Notes: a model not told the origin generated them from the letters alone. Positions 49,770 to 59,495 are shown, counted from the stretch's first letter. The stretch: 64,000 bases of DNA from Promethearchaeota archaeon (GCA_048940445.1 JBHLON010000006.1:1-64000); one strand, 5' to 3'. Translations and numbers: made by a program.

Positions 49770-51917
49770 ATATCTGTGGTAGAATGCTCATCACCAGTTT
49801 GTGAAATAGAGGAAGTAGAGAAGGAATCCTTTTTTGAAAAAAATTTTTGGTATTTTATTATCCCTTCAGCAATTTTACTTGGAATTTCTATTTTCTTAGA
49901 TTTTGTATTCATAAATGTAGTTATCGCCCAAATTCTCGCTATTTCTTCAGTTTTACTCTCTAGTTTTGGAATTGTGAAGGATGCAGTCAAAGACATAAGA
50001 AAGAAGAAAATTACTGCTAATCTTTTAATGTTAATAGCGGGAGTTGCTTCATTCTTTATTTTTCACGGTCAAGAAGGAGCTACAGCATTAATATTATATG
50101 CTATTGCAGAAAGATTAGAATTAATAACTACTGAGAAATCTAGGAATGCAATTAAGGAATTACTTGAGCTTGCTCCCGATGAAGCTCTGCTGAAAAATGA
50201 TAACGATTATATAAGTGTTCCTTCAAGAGAAGTGAAAATAGGAAATATTATTGGCATAAAACCTGGAATGAAAATTCCCTTAGATGGTGTTATTACGAAA
50301 GGAGGTTCTTATTTTGATGAAAGTGCAATTACTGGTGAATCAATTCCAGTTTTTAAAAAAGAAGGAGATGAAGTATTCGCTGCTAGTTTAAATTCAGACA
50401 GTTTTATCGATATCGAGGTAACAAGGGAAAGTTCTAATACAATAGTTGCACAAATTGCCGAGAGTGTTAAAATTGCTCAACAAAATAAGAGTGACCATGA
50501 AAAATTTATTGAAAAATTTGCAAAGTATTATACCCCTGTTATTCTTTTTTCATCCATTTTGGTTATGATCATTCCTTCTTTATTAGGATTAAATTTTTAT
50601 GATTGGTTTTATCGTGGATTAGTTTTACTTGTAGTTTCATGTCCATGTGCTTTAACCTTATCAACACCATTAGCAAATATCGCCTCATTAACAAAACAAG
50701 CTCGAGAAGGCATATTAGTCAAAGGAAATAAATTTATTGAAAAGATAGAGAATATTGAAGTATTTGCATTTGATAAAACGGGTACTCTCACTGAGGGAAA
50801 ATTAAAGATTTTTGACGTTCTTTCTTATAATAGTGCTAATAAACAAGTTATTCTCACTATAGCAGCTAGTTTAGAGACTCTTTCAGAACATCCAATTGGT
50901 AAAGCAATAGTGAATCAAGCAAAAGAAATGAATTTAGAGTTTCAGTCCGTAGATGATTTTGAAGTAATAAAAGGAAAAGGGATAAAGGGTAAAATAAATG
51001 GAGAAATCTTCTATGTAGGAAGTCAAGCGTTTATGGAGGAATTAAAGTTTGAAATTCCCCATGATGATTTAAAAGATATTGAAACTAAAGGAACAATACC
51101 TATTCTTTTAGGAAATGAACAACATTTAATGGGGATTATTACCATTAGAGACGTGTTAAGAGTATCTGCTCCAATCCTAATTAATGGATTGAAAAAGAGA
51201 GGGTATGAAACTGTATTAATTTCGGGTGATAATCAAAGAGTTTGCAATTCTATTGGAGCTTGTTTAAATATTGATAAAATGTATGGTGAGCATTTACCGG
51301 ATCAAAAGTTAGAAGAAATTAAAAGTTTAAAAAAACAGTATAAAGGAGTAGCTATGGTTGGAGACGGAATAAATGATGCTCCAGCTTTAGCTTTAGCGGA
51401 TTTAGGAATTGCAGTGGGAGGCTCAGCCACAGATATTACTCTAGAGACTGCAGATATTATTGCTCTTGGTGATGATTTGAAAAAAATACTTACATATATA
51501 GATATAGCTAAAAAAACAAATAAAAAAATAAAACAAAATATTTGGACCTCAATTATTGTAAAGGTTGTATTTGCAATTTTAACTGTTTTTGGCTTTATGA
51601 CACTCTGGCTCGCGGTCGGAGCAGGCGACATGGGGGTGTCACTCCTAGTTTTACTTAACAGCCTGACTATTTTCAGGTATAAATTCCTTTACAAGGATGT
51701 CTCTATAAATGAGATAGAAACTGAAGCGAAGTTGATAATATGCGATAATTGCCAAACAAAGGATATAATTCCCCAACATCACGGTCGGGATATGGTGAAA
51801 AAAGGAGACAAATTAGTTTGTTGGAAAAATATATTAAGTAGTGACGAATTAGAAACTTGTAATGAAGAACTACCCCTTCATTGTCCATATTGTAATCACA
51901 AATTAGAATTGAAATAA
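49770..51917 (+). CDS. Heavy-metal P1B-2-type ATPase (Zn/Cd/Pb) with C-terminal Cys/His-rich extension
   Basis: TGES, CPC, DKTGT, SEHP, GDGIND; Lys (IVKVV) and DMG in the last TM helices; start ATA 49770 or GTG 49776. Confidence 0.9.
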   Translation: MSVVECSSPVCEIEEVEKESFFEKNFWYFIIPSAILLGISIFLDFVFINVVIAQILAISSVLLSSFGIVKDAVKDIRKKKITANLLMLIAGVASFFIFHGQEGATALILYAIAERLELITTEKSRNAIKELLELAPDEALLKNDNDYISVPSREVKIGNIIGIKPGMKIPLDGVITKGGSYFDESAITGESIPVFKKEGDEVFAASLNSDSFIDIEVTRESSNTIVAQIAESVKIAQQNKSDHEKFIEKFAKYYTPVILFSSILVMIIPSLLGLNFYDWFYRGLVLLVVSCPCALTLSTPLANIASLTKQAREGILVKGNKFIEKIENIEVFAFDKTGTLTEGKLKIFDVLSYNSANKQVILTIAASLETLSEHPIGKAIVNQAKEMNLEFQSVDDFEVIKGKGIKGKINGEIFYVGSQAFMEELKFEIPHDDLKDIETKGTIPILLGNEQHLMGIITIRDVLRVSAPILINGLKKRGYETVLISGDNQRVCNSIGACLNIDKMYGEHLPDQKLEEIKSLKKQYKGVAMVGDGINDAPALALADLGIAVGGSATDITLETADIIALGDDLKKILTYIDIAKKTNKKIKQNIWTSIIVKVVFAILTVFGFMTLWLAVGAGDMGVSLLVLLNSLTIFRYKFLYKDVSINEIETEAKLIICDNCQTKDIIPQHHGRDMVKKGDKLVCWKNILSSDELETCNEELPLHCPYCNHKLELK

Positions 51918-52011
51918 CTCCATTGTACTATAGACTTGAAGTTTTTATCCCAAATCGTTTGAATTTGAAAATCCTAAATTTTAGATCAATTATAGAAATA
52001 AAAAAAAAGAC

Positions 52012-52896
52012 TTAAATAATTGATTTAATTCGTTTTTTAAGATAGATAGCTGAAATTACACTCACTATACCTATCAATATATATAAGTTATATCCAGGAA
52101 TCCCTGGTTCCGCGGTTGGCGTTTCTGGAACGTAGAGAAGTACATTTTCTAAGAATTTAGAATATCCATGATAATAACCCCATTCAAGTGGTTGCATACT
52201 AATTAAAATGGTTCCTTTTCCAAAAACAGATTCAATGAATACAGGTTCGGTTGTTATTCCGTCTATTAATATTTTTTTACTGTTTATTGGGTATGTATTA
52301 AAATAACCATGAGCTGATTGCGACCAATAATCTAGTTCATCATCAGTAATAATATTCGGATGAGACAAAATTGAATGTGTAGGTAAATTTATCGTTATAT
52401 TGTCCGAAGATATATGTGTTTGATTTATCCCACCTGGCATTAAAAATAATCCGTTCCAGATTCCACCATTCCACCCGTCATCAGCAGCATGGATTTCAAG
52501 GATACCCCCTCTTAATACATAATAATCAAACCATGCAATTTTTGATCCAAGAGCATCATAAAAGTTCTGATCCTGATCTGAGACAATAATCACTTTTTCA
52601 AATGGAGTGAGATCCACAACACCCATATCTGTATGGTCATAAATTGTATAGCTTATACTATGATTGACTAGTATTTTTTCAGTTATATTAATAGCCCATG
52701 GAAAATCATTTCGAAAAATAGCCACATGACCATCTATTGTTGCACTACTTTTTAATTTACCTTCATCAGAAACAATGATTTTATCAGTTTTAGTTCTGTT
52801 CTCAAAATTCATAAACACTACGCAACTGATTACGACGAGAAAAGCAATCACTACTGCAATTTTTCCTTTTTCAAAATTTATGTTTAATTTTAACAT
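52012..52896 (-). CDS. Exported protein with Loki-CTERM-like IPGY anchor
   Basis: N-terminal hydrophobic segment; C-terminal PGIPGYN + TM helix + KKR. Confidence 0.7.
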   Translation of the reverse strand: MLKLNINFEKGKIAVVIAFLVVISCVVFMNFENRTKTDKIIVSDEGKLKSSATIDGHVAIFRNDFPWAINITEKILVNHSISYTIYDHTDMGVVDLTPFEKVIIVSDQDQNFYDALGSKIAWFDYYVLRGGILEIHAADDGWNGGIWNGLFLMPGGINQTHISSDNITINLPTHSILSHPNIITDDELDYWSQSAHGYFNTYPINSKKILIDGITTEPVFIESVFGKGTILISMQPLEWGYYHGYSKFLENVLLYVPETPTAEPGIPGYNLYILIGIVSVISAIYLKKRIKSII

Positions 52897-52992
52897 TCTC
52901 TTTTACCCTCATAAATCATAGAATTGTTAAAATAAATGATGATCTAACTATTATTTATTTTTTTTGTTTTACCCTTAATAAATGATTAATGA

Positions 52993-53085
52993 GGGGATAA
53001 ATTGGAATGCTGGAAGAATATATTAAGAAGTAAAGAATTAGAATCTTGCAAGGAGGAATTACCCCTTCATTGTCTGTATTGTAAT
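52993..53085 (+). repeat. Diverged direct copy of 51804-51896 (3' end of the P1B ATPase gene)
   Basis: 76/93 nt identical by manual alignment, no indels; GDKLECWKNILRSKELESCKEELPLHCLYCN vs GDKLVCWKNILSSDELETCNEELPLHCPYCN. Confidence 0.9.
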
Positions 53086-53170
53086 AAGTTGTTTCTATAT
53101 TTATGTTGCTACACATAAATGCAAAGAAAAAGTATAATAATGTATAAGAAAATGATATCTACTCTTTTTA

Positions 53171-53255
53171 TGCGGGAAGGGAGATTCGAACTCCCGAACC
53201 CCTACGGGACTGGATTCTGAGTCCAGCGCCTTTGACCAAGCTTGGCAATTCCCGC
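53171..53255 (-). tRNA. tRNA-Leu (anticodon CAG), no intron, CCA not encoded
   Basis: GCGGGAA/TTCCCGC acceptor stem, CTGGA-CTCAGAA-TCCAG anticodon arm, long variable arm, GTTCGAA T-loop. Confidence 0.97.
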
Positions 53256-53447
53256 AATCTTTTAATTACTAAAATTATAGACGTTCCTATAATTAATTCA
53301 TTATAACATAAGCTATAAAATTGATTAGAAACTTCAGTAATCATTTTTAAGATTTTAAACAAATCAACAAATCTATTTTAATACAGAAAATAATAATATA
53401 TTATTAGAATTTATAAGTATTATATTCAAACACTTTCTTAGTTTAAC

Positions 53448-54179
53448 ATGTCTCACAAGCAATCACCTCCTACGAATAGTAAAGGAAAAGAAGAACTGAC
53501 AAAAGTAGGAAGACAAGACCAACCTATAGTTGTGTATCAATTTAATGATACAATTGGAGACTTTGAGGAATTGATTATTGATGCAGATATTGAATTAAAG
53601 GACCTATTAGATGATGACTTTATTCTCCTTTTTGTAGATCCTCAACATTATCGGGTTTGGTTATGGCATGGTTTCAATACAACGACTAGGATGAAATTCT
53701 TAGCAGCAAAAATGGCAGCCCCGATAAGAGACAAACATGGGATTGCTTTTAAAATAACTGCTGTAGATCAAGATAACGAAACTCTTGCTTTTAAAGTAAT
53801 GATTGGAATAGAAGATGAAATAGATTATGAGGTGGCCCAAACCGGTCCAAGATATGAAGGTACTAAAGAGGATCTTGAATTATTAGAATCTTTAACTAGA
53901 GAAAAAATCTTATTATTACTTGAAAAGGCTGGTCTTCCGGAAGGATATGAACGAAAAATGGTTATTGTAAAAAATAAACTATTTGGATATAGAGAATATG
54001 ACCGAAATTATTTAGGTTCTGTGATCAAGGAAAAAGAGCTATTTCCTTTAAAAGAAGAAGTTGAAGATGGGGCATATTTGGCTGAAAATTATGTGCCTAG
54101 AATGCTATTATCCTATAACAATGTAATTCTGACTGAACTTCTTCAGAAAGTTGAAATTGATGATACTGTCAAAAAGTGA
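53448..54179 (+). CDS. Asgard gelsolin-domain protein (one gelsolin repeat plus C-terminal domain)
   Basis: LDDDFILLFVD...VWLWHGFNTTTRMKFLAAKMA...ITAVDQDNETLAF matches the gelsolin repeat pattern. Confidence 0.75.
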   Translation: MSHKQSPPTNSKGKEELTKVGRQDQPIVVYQFNDTIGDFEELIIDADIELKDLLDDDFILLFVDPQHYRVWLWHGFNTTTRMKFLAAKMAAPIRDKHGIAFKITAVDQDNETLAFKVMIGIEDEIDYEVAQTGPRYEGTKEDLELLESLTREKILLLLEKAGLPEGYERKMVIVKNKLFGYREYDRNYLGSVIKEKELFPLKEEVEDGAYLAENYVPRMLLSYNNVILTELLQKVEIDDTVKK

Positions 54180-54212
54180 TTCTTGAAGTTAATTAATCAT
54201 TAAAAATCAATA

Positions 54213-54425
54213 TTATTCTCGTGAATATTTTTCAATGATGTAATTCTGAAGAGTCCATGCATATTTTTCAAGATTTAGAATTAGAACCTTTTGTTGTATC
54301 TCTCGCAAATAAGGGACATCTAATTTCGAAAATAAAGATTTTAAGTGATCAATAGTATCATAAATACTCACTATAACCTTCCAATCATGAGCCCATTCTT
54401 TATCTTGGATCTCTATTTGTTCCAT
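54213..54425 (-). CDS. Small helical hypothetical protein
   Basis: 70-aa ORF with ATG, amphipathic helices; fills the gap. Confidence 0.65.
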   Translation of the reverse strand: MEQIEIQDKEWAHDWKVIVSIYDTIDHLKSLFSKLDVPYLREIQQKVLILNLEKYAWTLQNYIIEKYSRE

Positions 54426-54517
54426 TTGCCTATAACCATAAATAATTGGTTTTATGGATTTTATAGAAATCTACATTAAAAAATGTTTAGATATTTATGA
54501 ATTAGTGATTTCCAAAT

Positions 54518-55666
54518 TTAGAGATATATTTGAAAATTTTTTTCAATAATTTGTTTTGTATCTTTGAATTCTGAGACATTAATTAACCGATTTAAATCTT
54601 GGATTTCATTCAATTCATTTTTATAAAAAGATTTGAATTCTTGTGAAAACTGTTGAATGAGTTTCTCAATGATCGCATTTTTTTTCGATGTCATTGCTAT
54701 GACTGCGAAACCATATTCATTATCATAATTGACGACTATGTCAGCTTCTTTGGTTTGAATAACATCAATTTTATCTGTTTTATCAACGAATTCATATAAG
54801 ACATGATTTAATCCAATTATAATATTTCCCCAAATCTTTGAGTTATTTATATATGGCATGTCTTTTTTAAGATTATACGAATAAAGTAAAATACCAGACT
54901 TATGATAAATATTAATTGAATATAGCTTATTAGGTAATATCAAAAATGTGTCTGGTTTAAATATTAGCAAAATATCAATTCCAAAATTTGTAATCCATAT
55001 TAATATAAGAAAGAGATCTCTAAGAAATGAGTGTTTGAGAATTATATAGAGAGTAAAAAATAAGAGAGGAATTGTGAGGAGAATTGTACTCAAAAATACT
55101 GTTATACTTTCTACAGATTTTTCTGAATTCAAGTAGACTGAAATAGAGATATATAAAAAATAAATAATAAAAGAAATTTGCATGATAATAATAACAGTTG
55201 CAGTAAAAAAATTAAAATAGTAATCAATAGTAGATAGATCTATTATTGAAAATGGAGAAGAAGGCGGAGAATAAACAGCAATGATTATAGATTCAGGTGA
55301 TAACAATGCCCCCAATTGAAGCCCAAATAGAACTATGATCATTAAAGCGGGGATTATTTGTATTTTTCTGTATTCCTTAAAAAATGAATAAATAACTGAT
55401 GTGAGGATTAAGGAGACTGATCCTGAAATCAATGTGAGTTTCCATAATACTAAATTGATGGCATTTGAAGTGTATATAACTACAGAGAACAAGAAACAGC
55501 TAGAAAAGATAAAACCTATATTAAAAACTGTCGTGAGGCTTAGAATAACAATAATCTTTGTACCAAATTGCTTATGCTTTTTTATAATTTTGAGCACTGT
55601 CATAATTGTTAAACCTAACATTAGAAAGTATCCGATGATAATCGAAATGCTTGGAAAGTAATCCAT
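54518..55666 (-). CDS. 7TM membrane protein with C-terminal longin-like domain
   Basis: Seven hydrophobic segments, then IYHKSGILLYSY...IIIGLNHVL...YGFAVI...F...F. Confidence 0.65.
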   Translation of the reverse strand: MDYFPSISIIIGYFLMLGLTIMTVLKIIKKHKQFGTKIIVILSLTTVFNIGFIFSSCFLFSVVIYTSNAINLVLWKLTLISGSVSLILTSVIYSFFKEYRKIQIIPALMIIVLFGLQLGALLSPESIIIAVYSPPSSPFSIIDLSTIDYYFNFFTATVIIIMQISFIIYFLYISISVYLNSEKSVESITVFLSTILLTIPLLFFTLYIILKHSFLRDLFLILIWITNFGIDILLIFKPDTFLILPNKLYSINIYHKSGILLYSYNLKKDMPYINNSKIWGNIIIGLNHVLYEFVDKTDKIDVIQTKEADIVVNYDNEYGFAVIAMTSKKNAIIEKLIQQFSQEFKSFYKNELNEIQDLNRLINVSEFKDTKQIIEKNFQIYL

Positions 55667-55718
55667 GATTATCCTATGTTCATCTGATCTATTTCAAAAT
55701 ATAATTTTTAATAAAAAT

Positions 55719-56813
55719 CTAAAGGTTATATTTACCAAAACATTCTATAATTAAATTTTTTGTATCCTTAAAAATTGAAACATCAATTAACCCATTCAAA
55801 TTTAATAGGTTTTCTCTATAATAAGCAGAAAATTTCTTTATAAAATTTTGTAAAGCATTTTCAAGAGGTTTATTTTTATGTCGTGCAATTAATAAAACAG
55901 CATAACCCAAATCATTTTGAAAATTAAATAAAATTCCTTTATCACTCATTTTTATTTGACTTAATTGATTTTCAATCCCTGAAAAATTAGCTAAAATATG
56001 ATTTATCCCTATTAAAATACTACCTTTTAAGAGTGAATCATCAATAGCTCTACTTGTTTGAAAATTATAGGCATAAAGTAAAATTCCTGATTTATGAAAA
56101 ATTATAAAATCATAAATTTTATTTGTGAATACTAAAAATAAAGCTGGTTTTCGTATAATCACATATAGCATATAAGCGCTATTTAATATATATAAAATTA
56201 TATGAATGTTCTTAAGTATTATATTTTGAGTCGTAAGAAAGATTGAATATATAACTATGTTTAATGACATTAGAAATATATAAATAGTGAAGAAATTTGC
56301 TAAATCTCTATCATTAAAGTTTTTAAAACCCAATACTTGAGAGATTACAGAAAAAATAATTACTAAGGAGTTAAATATTAAAATAAATATTAATAAAGAG
56401 AAATCTTGAAAAATATAGAAGTAATTATTATTATCTAAAATTACATAAAAAGAACCAGGGAAAAAAAGGAGACTGATAATGATTCCTTCCAATAAAAAGT
56501 AGACTATAATTGCTAAAAATCTTACTGCACTATGCTTATGTAACTCCTCAGTATGAAGAGAAGACCATAACCCAATGGTAAAGATTCCAATAAAGATTGA
56601 TAATTTCCATAAAATTTTAGAAATCTCAAAATTGAAGTAGTTCTGTGTTGCTAGATTAAATATTATAAAATAAATTGTTTGGTTTATAAAAAAAATTATA
56701 AAGATGATGCTAAATCCAGTTTCAATTTCAAATTTTTCTCTATAATGGATTCTATAGAAAAGACCGATTAGTAATAAGCCTATAAAAATAGAAATATAAA
56801 CAATTCCGATCAT
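55719..56813 (-). CDS. 7TM membrane protein with C-terminal longin-like domain (tandem paralog)
   Basis: Seven hydrophobic segments, LWKL, IFHKSGILLYAY...ILIGINHIL...LIDVSIFKDTK. Confidence 0.65.
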   Translation of the reverse strand: MIGIVYISIFIGLLLIGLFYRIHYREKFEIETGFSIIFIIFFINQTIYFIIFNLATQNYFNFEISKILWKLSIFIGIFTIGLWSSLHTEELHKHSAVRFLAIIVYFLLEGIIISLLFFPGSFYVILDNNNYFYIFQDFSLLIFILIFNSLVIIFSVISQVLGFKNFNDRDLANFFTIYIFLMSLNIVIYSIFLTTQNIILKNIHIILYILNSAYMLYVIIRKPALFLVFTNKIYDFIIFHKSGILLYAYNFQTSRAIDDSLLKGSILIGINHILANFSGIENQLSQIKMSDKGILFNFQNDLGYAVLLIARHKNKPLENALQNFIKKFSAYYRENLLNLNGLIDVSIFKDTKNLIIECFGKYNL

Positions 56814-56996
56814 TTAGAAACTTGGATCCGTAAAAGCAATAATTGATTATTGATCAACAAATTATATAAATCAAACTCATATAATTATTGATTAAATGTA
56901 AAATAAACTTTAATCAATATTTCATATGACTTATATCGAAACTATTTTAATATAGTATATTCTATCTTTCAATCTTTATAATTCAAACGTAAGATT

Positions 56997-58889
56997 ATGA
57001 GAGACTTTACAAATTTTCTTTTGGAAAAAAATATTATTCAACAGCTAAGAAAGACATATAATTTAAGAGAACAGAGTCCAAAGGATAAGGATTTATTAAA
57101 CATGATAATTGATGACTTAAAACGCTTAAAAAAGCAAGAAGGTAGTTATCTCTTAGAAAGTAATATAATTGGCAAATTACATGAAAAAAGAATTTCTAAT
57201 AGCCAGAAAAAAAAATTTGGCCAATTCTATACACCACTTGATATAGTGAAATACATCTTAGACGCTATTGGCTATACTTGCAAGAATGAACTAAATGATA
57301 AGAAAATAGTTGATTTGAGTTGCGGATGTGGAAGTTTTCTCATAATAGTTTCAAAAAGAATAGTTAAATTCAATCTTAAAAAGTTTCGATTAGGAAGCTC
57401 ATCTAATTTATCTTATGACCAAGTTAGAATGATTCTGGAAATTATTCAAATGAATTTGTATGGTTTAGACACAAATCCTTTAGCTTGCATCTTATGCTGC
57501 ATAAATATTTATCTTTCTCTGTATGATTTAATCAAAATTGCTATTCAAAATAATCCGAACTATGAAATTCCTAGATTTAAAATCTATAATATAAATGCTT
57601 TGGAATTTACTAGTTTTAGTAAGTTTGATTTTGTTGTTGGAAACCCCCCTTATATATTTTTACGAGACATAAATCCAACAAATAGGCAATTAATTGAAAA
57701 AGGAAATTTTGAAACAATAAAAGGTCAATATGATTATTACCAAATTTTTATTGAGTTAGGAATTAGAGTTTTAAAAAATTCTGGTTATTTAGGGTATATT
57801 ATACCAGATTCTCTTTTGGTGCTTTCTAACCGAAAGGAAATAAGGAAATTTATGTATTTGAAAACTAAAATTAGAGAATTATATTACGTAGGTCGCAGTT
57901 TTAATGATCTAGTTGTTTCAAATGTTATAATAATCTTAGAAAAAGAAAGTAATGAGAAAAAAAGATTAGAGAACTTTATCATACTTAAAAATGAGTTAGA
58001 ACGCAATCCATTGAAAAAGACTATTAAACAAATGGTTCTTAAAAAATGGGATTATAACTTTTTACTTAATCTAAATGAAACTGATATTAACATCCTTGAT
58101 TATCTCAATTCTAATTTTTTGAATCTTAAGGAAATAAATAAAAATCCTAACTTTAAGATAAAGATTTCTAGAGGTGTAGAATTAGGGAAACAAGGAAAAA
58201 TCCTCTATTGCAAAAATTGTGAAAAATATATCCCTTTACCAACAAGAACTAATAAATGCAAATATTGTAATTCACCCTTAGACTTTTCCAGCTTAGAAAA
58301 AATTATTGTTGATAAAATCCCCCACGGATATAAGAACGAATATGAACCTTATTTATTTTCAATGAGTAGGTATCAAACTAAAGAATATAAACATATTAAC
58401 ATAAAAAAGAAGGGAATAAATTATAAAGACTTAGAAATATATAAAGATCGGATTGTTATACGGCAATTAAGCCAAAAAAATTTGATCTGTGCTACATATG
58501 ATAAATATTCTCTAACATCCCAATCTTTTTATAATTTAAAAATTATTAAATCTTCTATAACTGAATTTAATCATTATTATCTACTTGCTTTAATTAATTC
58601 TCAGTTATTATCGTATTATTTTTTTAAAATGTTTGGTTCTTACAAAGCTTTATTTCCAAGAATACTTATTGAAAAAATTAAAAAATTACCAATTTTAATA
58701 CCAAAAACTCCAAAAGAACGCCTAATAGCCAAAACTCTTCAAGAAGCTGTAAAAAAAATCTTATGTTTTGAGAATAAAGCATGGAAAGAAATAAATAATT
58801 TACAAGCTAAAATTAATTCTTTAGTGTTTAAGATTTATCAAATATCCGCTCCAAATGAACTATATATTTCAGAAATCTTAGAACCATAA
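56997..58889 (+). CDS. Gamma-class N6-adenine DNA methyltransferase with TaqI-like C-terminal domain and zinc-ribbon insert
   Basis: GQFYTP, DLSCGCGSFL, VGNPPY; CKNC...CKYC; YLLALINS...LPI. Confidence 0.88.
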   Translation: MRDFTNFLLEKNIIQQLRKTYNLREQSPKDKDLLNMIIDDLKRLKKQEGSYLLESNIIGKLHEKRISNSQKKKFGQFYTPLDIVKYILDAIGYTCKNELNDKKIVDLSCGCGSFLIIVSKRIVKFNLKKFRLGSSSNLSYDQVRMILEIIQMNLYGLDTNPLACILCCINIYLSLYDLIKIAIQNNPNYEIPRFKIYNINALEFTSFSKFDFVVGNPPYIFLRDINPTNRQLIEKGNFETIKGQYDYYQIFIELGIRVLKNSGYLGYIIPDSLLVLSNRKEIRKFMYLKTKIRELYYVGRSFNDLVVSNVIIILEKESNEKKRLENFIILKNELERNPLKKTIKQMVLKKWDYNFLLNLNETDINILDYLNSNFLNLKEINKNPNFKIKISRGVELGKQGKILYCKNCEKYIPLPTRTNKCKYCNSPLDFSSLEKIIVDKIPHGYKNEYEPYLFSMSRYQTKEYKHINIKKKGINYKDLEIYKDRIVIRQLSQKNLICATYDKYSLTSQSFYNLKIIKSSITEFNHYYLLALINSQLLSYYFFKMFGSYKALFPRILIEKIKKLPILIPKTPKERLIAKTLQEAVKKILCFENKAWKEINNLQAKINSLVFKIYQISAPNELYISEILEP

Positions 58890-58929
58890 TTGGAAATTAT
58901 TATTTTAATTGAAAAAAAATATTGTTATA

Positions 58930-59103
58930 TTACATTAAATCACTCAATTGTTCTCGGCGCATACAATTTTTCAATATTCTATTCCATTTTTCTGCTAAAT
59001 CGTTTAACCCTGTTTTTTCAAACAATTTCACAGCACGATCAAGAATTTGGATCATCTTTGTCTGATTTGACAACTCTCTATTTAACTCGAGATTTTCCGT
59101 CAT
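58930..59103 (-). CDS. Unannotated 57-aa helical microprotein (paralog B)
   Basis: MTENLELNRELSNQTKMIQILDRAVKLFEKTGLNDLAEKWNRILKNCMRREQLSDLM; similar to the neighbour at 59191-59343. Confidence 0.65.
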   Translation of the reverse strand: MTENLELNRELSNQTKMIQILDRAVKLFEKTGLNDLAEKWNRILKNCMRREQLSDLM

Positions 59104-59190
59104 AAATTAAGAGAACTGCAATTTGAATAAAAAAGCTTATAATACGGTGATGTAACTATTAGAATATACAATATTGGCTGCTATAGGATG

Positions 59191-59343
59191 CTACCTTAGT
59201 CTTTTCGATTTGTAATATTTCCGTAAGGCATGTTCTCCTTTCTTTGCTAAATCTATTAATCCCGATTGCTTAGATAATGTAACAACACGATTGAGTATTT
59301 TAGCTATGTTTTCTTCATATTCTTGTGTTTCATCCTTGACCAT
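59191..59343 (-). CDS. Unannotated 50-aa helical microprotein (paralog A)
   Basis: MVKDETQEYEENIAKILNRVVTLSKQSGLIDLAKKGEHALRKYYKSKRLR. Confidence 0.65.
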   Translation of the reverse strand: MVKDETQEYEENIAKILNRVVTLSKQSGLIDLAKKGEHALRKYYKSKRLR

Positions 59344-59495
59344 AAAATTATAAACCATAATCAAAAGATAAAAGAGAACATATTATGGTGATATTTGGAC
59401 TGCTATAGATATTGAATTTAATATTTTTCAATACCTATATTTATATTAATTAAAAATATATTATTTGTAAATAATATTTAAAGAATGAAGCCTCA

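Noticed and set aside
53171-53215. tRNA-Leu 3' end as attachment site of an integrated element
   Set aside because: No duplicate of the tRNA end and no integrase seen in the window by eye
53168-53362. 64-aa ORF on the minus strand
   Set aside because: It is a translation through tRNA-Leu
58890-59105. 71-aa plus-strand ORF
   Set aside because: Antisense shadow of the better-supported microprotein at 58930-59103
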